A stretch of DNA of 64,000 nt from Mobula hypostoma (Eukaryota), in assembly GCF_963921235.1 (NCBI RefSeq), contig NC_086101.1:6636001-6700000 (forward strand), given 5' to 3'. The position numbers were made by a program, and so were the translations under genes. Under the pieces are notes generated by a model, which was not told where the DNA came from, ran no database searches, and worked only from the letters and a program-made list of their open reading frames with translations. This document shows, one piece after another, positions 59,160 to 64,000 of the stretch. How positions within the stretch are numbered: the first letter of the stretch is position 1; each line of letters begins with the position of its first letter.

Positions 59160-60500
59160 TGTTCCTGTTCCTAAAAAGACCAAGGTAACAAGTCTGAACG
59201 ACTGGCGCCCTGTCTCATTTACCTCAATAATAAGCAGATGCTTTTAGAGACTGGTCAAGGACCACATCTGCAGCTTGCTGTCACCCACACTGGATCCCGT
59301 ACAATTCGCCTATTGACACAACCCATCAACAGATGACACAATAGCCACAGCTCCACACACCGTCCTTTCACATCTGGAGAAGAAGGACGCTTTTATGAGA
59401 ATGCTGTTCTTGGACTACAGTTCAGCATTCAACACCATAATTCCCTCCAGGCTCGACAAGAAGCTCAGAGACCTCGGCCTTCGCTCTGCCTTGTACACCT
59501 GGATCCTGGACTTCCTGTCAGATTACCGACAGATGGTAAGAGTGGGTTCCTTTACCTCTGCCCCTCTGACCCTCAACACAGGGCCCCCTCAGGGCTGTGT
59601 TCTAATCGCCCTCCTTTGCTCTCTGTATACCCAAGATTGTGTTGCCATTCACAGCTCCAAACTGCTAATTAAATTTGCTGACGATTCCACATTGATTGGA
59701 CTTATCGCAAATAATAACTAGGCACCCTACAGAGAGGAAGTCATCACCCAGACACAGTGGTGTCAAGAGAACAACCTCTCCCTCAATGTCGCAAAAACAA
59801 ATGAGTTGGTTGTGGACTACTGGAGGAATGGAGACAGGCTGACCCCTACTGACATCAATGGACCTGGAGTTCAGAGGAACAGCTTTACGTTCCTCGGCAT
59901 CCACATCACCGAGGATCTCACGTGGTCAGTATAACAGCACCTGTTTCATCTCAGACGGGTGAAGAAGTTTGGCGTGAGTCCCCACAGCCTAATGACTTTC
60001 TACGGGGGCACAATTGAGAGCATCCTGACTGGCTGCATCACTGCCTGGTATGGGAACTGTACTTCCCTCAATCGCAGGACTCTGCAGAGAGTGGTGTGGA
60101 CAGCCCAGCGCATCCGTAGATGTGAACTTCGCGCTATTCAGGACATTTACAGACACAGACGCATAAAAAGGACCTGAAGTATCAATGGGGACCCGAATCG
60201 CCCCAACCACAAACTGTTCCAGCTGCTATCATCTGGGAAACGGTTCCACAGTATTAAAGCCAGGACCGACAGGCTCCGGGACAACTTCTTTCACCAGGCC
60301 ATCAGACCGATTAATTCACACTGATATGTTTGAATTTCTATGCTGTATTGACTGTCCTGTTGTGCATACTATTTACTACAACTATTTATTACAAATTGCC
60401 TTAAATTACACGTTACACATTTAGACGGAGGCGTAACATAAAGATTTTTACTCCTCATGTATGTGAAGGATGTAAGAAATAAAGTCAATTCAATTCATTC
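59160..60500 (+). mobile_element. Rex1/Babar-like LINE, 5'-truncated, degraded
   Basis: RMLFLDYSSAFNTIIP, LNTGPPQGCVL, KFADD, FYGGTIESILTGCITAWYG; AATAAA followed by a (CAATT)n tail. Confidence 0.85.
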
Positions 60501-60838
60501 TCTCTGCTTCAGGTTTCCCTTTCCCCGGAAAAGGGTTCTAGCTGAGTAACATATCGGCCGATCTCTCATGGCCGCAGAGTGAAAATCTTGCAACAATTTG
60601 GGAACTCGTTCACCACACAGTAAATGTTGGCCCTGCTGACGATGCCCACATTCCATAAAAAAATAAATTCTTGGTTCTGTTCCAGTCGAGAGTTGCAGCA
60701 TTTTGTTTCTGCTCCTCCTGCAGTACCGGTTTCCAGCAACAGGTAGGGCCCTTCACCGTGAAACTCTATCTCTTTGTAACACACATCAAAGTTGCTGGTG
60801 AACGCAGCAGGCCAGGCAGCATCTATAGGAAGAGGCGC

Positions 60839-60874
60839 AGTCGACGTTTCAGGCCGAGACCCTTCGTCAGGACT
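60839..60874 (-). ncRNA. Minimal hammerhead ribozyme motif in the inverted pLTR
   Basis: Reverse complement AGTC CTGACGA AGG gtctcgg CCT GAAAC GTC GACT. Confidence 0.8.
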
Positions 60875-63112
60875 AACTGAAGGAAGAGTGAGTAAGGGAT
60901 TTGAAAGCTGGAGGGGGAGGGGGAGATGCAAAATGATAGGAGAAGACAGGAGTGGGAGGGATGGAGCCGAGAGCTGGACAGGTGATACAGGTGTCCGCAC
61001 TAATCCTAACATTATTATTAAACCCGCTGATAAAGGGGGTGCTGTTGTAGTCTGGCGTACTGACCTCTACCTTGCCGAGGCACAGCGACAACTCGCGGAT
61101 ACCTCCTCTTATTTACCCCTCGATCGTGACCCCACTAAGGAGCACCAGGCCATTGTCTCCCACACTATCAACGACTTTATCCGCTCAGGGGATCTCCCAT
61201 CCACTGCTACCAACCTTATAGTTCCCACACCCCGCACTTCCCGTTTCTACCTCCTACCCAAGATCCACGAACCTGCCTGTCCTGGCCGACCTATTGTCTC
61301 AGCTTGCTCCTGCCCCACCGAACTCGTTTCTGCATACCTCGACACTGTTTTATCACCCCTTGTTCAATCCCTTCCGACCTATGTTCGTGACACTTCTCAC
61401 GCTCTTAAACTTTTCGATGATTTTAAGTTCCCTGGCCCCCACCGCTTTATTTTCACCATGGATGTCCAGTCCCTATATACTTCCTTCCCCCATCAGGAAG
61501 GTCTCAAAGCTCTACGCTTCTTTTTGGATTCCAGACCTAATCAGTTCCCCTCTACCATCACTCTGCTCCGTCTAGCAGAATTAGTCCTTACTCTTAATAA
61601 TTTCTCCTTTTGCTCCTCCCATTTCCTCCAAACTAAAGGTGTAGCTATGGGCACCCGTATGGGTCCTAGCTATGCCTGCCTTTTTGTTGGGTTTGTGGAA
61701 CAATCTATGTTCCGTGCCTATTCTGGTATCTGTCCCCCACTTTTCCTTCGCTACATCGACGACTGCATTGGCGCTGCTTCCTGCACGCATGCAGAACTCG
61801 TTGACTTTATTAACTTTGCCTCCAACTTTCACCCTGCCCTCAAGTTTACCTGGTCCATTTCCGACACCTCCCTCCCCTTTCTAGATCTTTCTGTCTCTGT
61901 CTCTGGAGACAGCTTATCCACTGATGTCTACTATAAGCCTACTGATTCTCACAGCTATCTGGACTATTCCTCTTCTCACCCTGTCTCTTGCAAAAACGCC
62001 ATCCCCTTCTCGCAATTCCTCCGTCTCCGCCGCATCTGCTCTCAGGATGAGGCTTTTCATCCTAGGACGAGGGAGATGTCTTCATTTTTTGAAGAAAGGG
62101 GCTTCCCTTCCTCAACTATCAACTCTGCTCTTAAACGCATCTCCCCCATTTCACGTACATCTGCTCTCACTCCATCCTCCCACCACCCCACTAGGAATAG
62201 GGTTCCCCTGGTCCTCACCTACCACCCCACCAGCCTCCGGGTCCAACATATTATTCTCCGTAACTTCCGCCACCTCTAACGGGATCCCACCACTAAGCAT
62301 ATCTTTCCCTCCCCCCCTCTCTCTGTATTCCGCAGGGATCGCTCCCTACACAACTCCCTTGTCCATTCGTCCCCCCCATCCCTCCCCAATGATCTCCCTC
62401 CTGGCACTTATCCGTGTAAGCAGAACAAGTGCTACACATGCCCTTACACTTCCTCCCTTACCACCATTCAGGGCCCCAAACAGTCCTTCCAGGTGAGGCA
62501 TCACTTCACCTGTGAGTCGACTGGGGTGATATACTGCGTCCGGTGCTCCCGATGTGGCCTTTTATATATTGGTGAGACCCGACGCAGACTGGGAGACCGC
62601 TTTGCTGAACATCTACGCTCTGTCCGCCAGAGAAAGCAGGATCTCCCAGTGGCCACACATTTTAATTCCACATCCCATTCCCATTCTGACATGTCTATCC
62701 ACGGCCTCCTCTACTGTAAAGATGAAGCCACACTCAGGTTGGAGGAACAACACCTTATATTCCGTATGGGTAGCCACCAACCTGATGACATGAACATTGA
62801 CTTCTCTAACTTCCGCTAGGCCCCACCTTCCCCTCGTACCCCATCTGTTACTCTTTTTTATGCACACATTCTTTCTCTCACTCTCCTTTTTCTCCCTCTG
62901 TCCCTCTGAATATACCTCTTACCCATCCTCTGGGTCACCCCCCGCCCGTCTTTCTTCCCGGACCTCCTGTCCCATGATCCTCTCGTATCCCCTTCTGCCT
63001 ATCACCTGTCCAGCTCTCGGCTCCATCCCTCCCCCTCCTGTCTTCTCCTATCATTTTGCATCTCCCCCTCCCCCTCCAGCTTTCAAATCCCTTACTCACT
63101 CTTCCTTCAGTT

Positions 63113-63148
63113 AGTCCTGATGAAGGGTCTCGGCCTGAAACGTCGACT
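63113..63148 (+). ncRNA. Minimal hammerhead ribozyme motif
   Basis: AGTC CTGATGA AGG gtctcgg CCT GAAAC GTC GACT; the change falls at the variable N of CUGANGA. Confidence 0.8.
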
Positions 63149-63389
63149 GCGCCTCTTCCTATAGATGCTGCCTGGCCTGCTGCGTTCACCAGCAACTTTG
63201 ATGTGTGTTGCTTGAATTTCCAGCATCTGCAGAATTCCTGTTGTTTGCCTCTATCTCTTTGTGATCGAGATGCCGTAAAGCGATTGCCCGAATGGTTACG
63301 TTCCCAAATACATTAATTGTTTACACAAATGGTGAACATCAGAATTCTGTAGAGATCTTTTACTGCATTTTACGTAGAGATCGCTCTCT

Positions 63390-64000
63390 ACGTAACTCCC
63401 TTGTGCACTCGTCCCCCACCACTGATCTCCCTCCTGGCACTTAACCCTGCAAGCGGGATAGTTGCGACACCAGCCCCTGCACCTCTTCCCTCACCGCCAT
63501 TCAGGACCAAGCAGTTACACTTCACCTGTGAGTGACACCTGTCGGTGTCACCCACTGTATCCGGTGGTCCTGGTGGAATCTCCTCTGCATCAGCGAGACC
63601 CGGCGTGGATTGATGTAGCACTTTGTCGAGTACTTACGCTTCGCCCGCCACGAAAGGCAGGATCTCCCAGAGGTCACGTACTTCAACTCCACCTCTCATT
63701 CCTATTCTGTCATGTCGTTGATGGTTTCAGCTACTTCCACGATGAGGCCAGGCTTTGGTCAGAGGAGCAAAACCTCTTATTCCATCTCGGTAGCCTCCAA
63801 CTTGATGGCATGATCATTCATTTCTTTTTCCGCCTCCCTTCCCTTTTTTCATTCACCGTTCTGGTTACTCGCTCAAACGTTCTCTTCTTCCCATCGCATA
63901 TCTCCTTCCCTTCATCCAAGGTCCACTCCACTCTCCTATCAGATTCCTCCTTCTTCCGCCCTCTCACAATTCCACCTATACCGTTCCAGCTTCTTCCTTC
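63390..64000 (+). mobile_element. Old degraded Penelope 3' fragment, runs off the window
   Basis: Colinear with 62350-63000 (linker, GIY-YIG, pLTR) with many substitutions. Confidence 0.8.

Larger units (their letters stand above)
60778..63248 (+). mobile_element. Young Penelope-like element (Neptune type) with inverted 5' pLTR
   Basis: 14-bp TSD CTCTATCTCTTTGT (60764-60777 / 63249-63262); inverted pLTR 60778-~60985; RT from KPADKGG through RYIDD; a single CAA>TAA stop at 62277-62279, then same-frame GIY-YIG to 62819; pLTR to 63248. Confidence 0.96.

Noticed and set aside
60792..62279. 495-aa ORF with an unusual N-terminus (MLVNAAGQAAS...)
   Set aside because: The N-terminus is the antisense pLTR translated by chance, and the start codon is TTG. 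The same peptide recurs wherever the pLTR occurs.

Overview
Eukaryotic, vertebrate-type genomic DNA. It is probably from a cartilaginous fish (ray or shark); this is inferred from the repeat repertoire and the TRIM type, not shown directly. Most of the window is transposon-derived: CR1 LINEs (SGNH-esterase ORF1, APE-RT ORF2), Neptune-like Penelope elements (RT + GIY-YIG) carrying minimal hammerhead ribozymes, four solo LTRs with 4-bp TSDs, hAT MITEs, Rex1/Babar LINEs and SINEs, nested up to five deep in 0.4-16.8 kb. The only host gene I can support is an intact six-exon RING/B-box/coiled-coil/PRY-SPRY TRIM gene (27020-40219, 471 aa) with an ISRE-like motif just upstream. A tandem orphan copy of its SPRY exon follows it. 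That copy has lost the splice acceptor and polyA signal but is still open, and differs by 22 replacement versus 4 silent codons (hand count). Other notable items: an exact 5' half of tRNA-Lys(CTT) captured inside an LTR, fold-back mini-Penelope elements, a CR1 inserted into a hammerhead core, and several local segmental duplications. Boundaries marked ~ or lacking a TSD are approximate.
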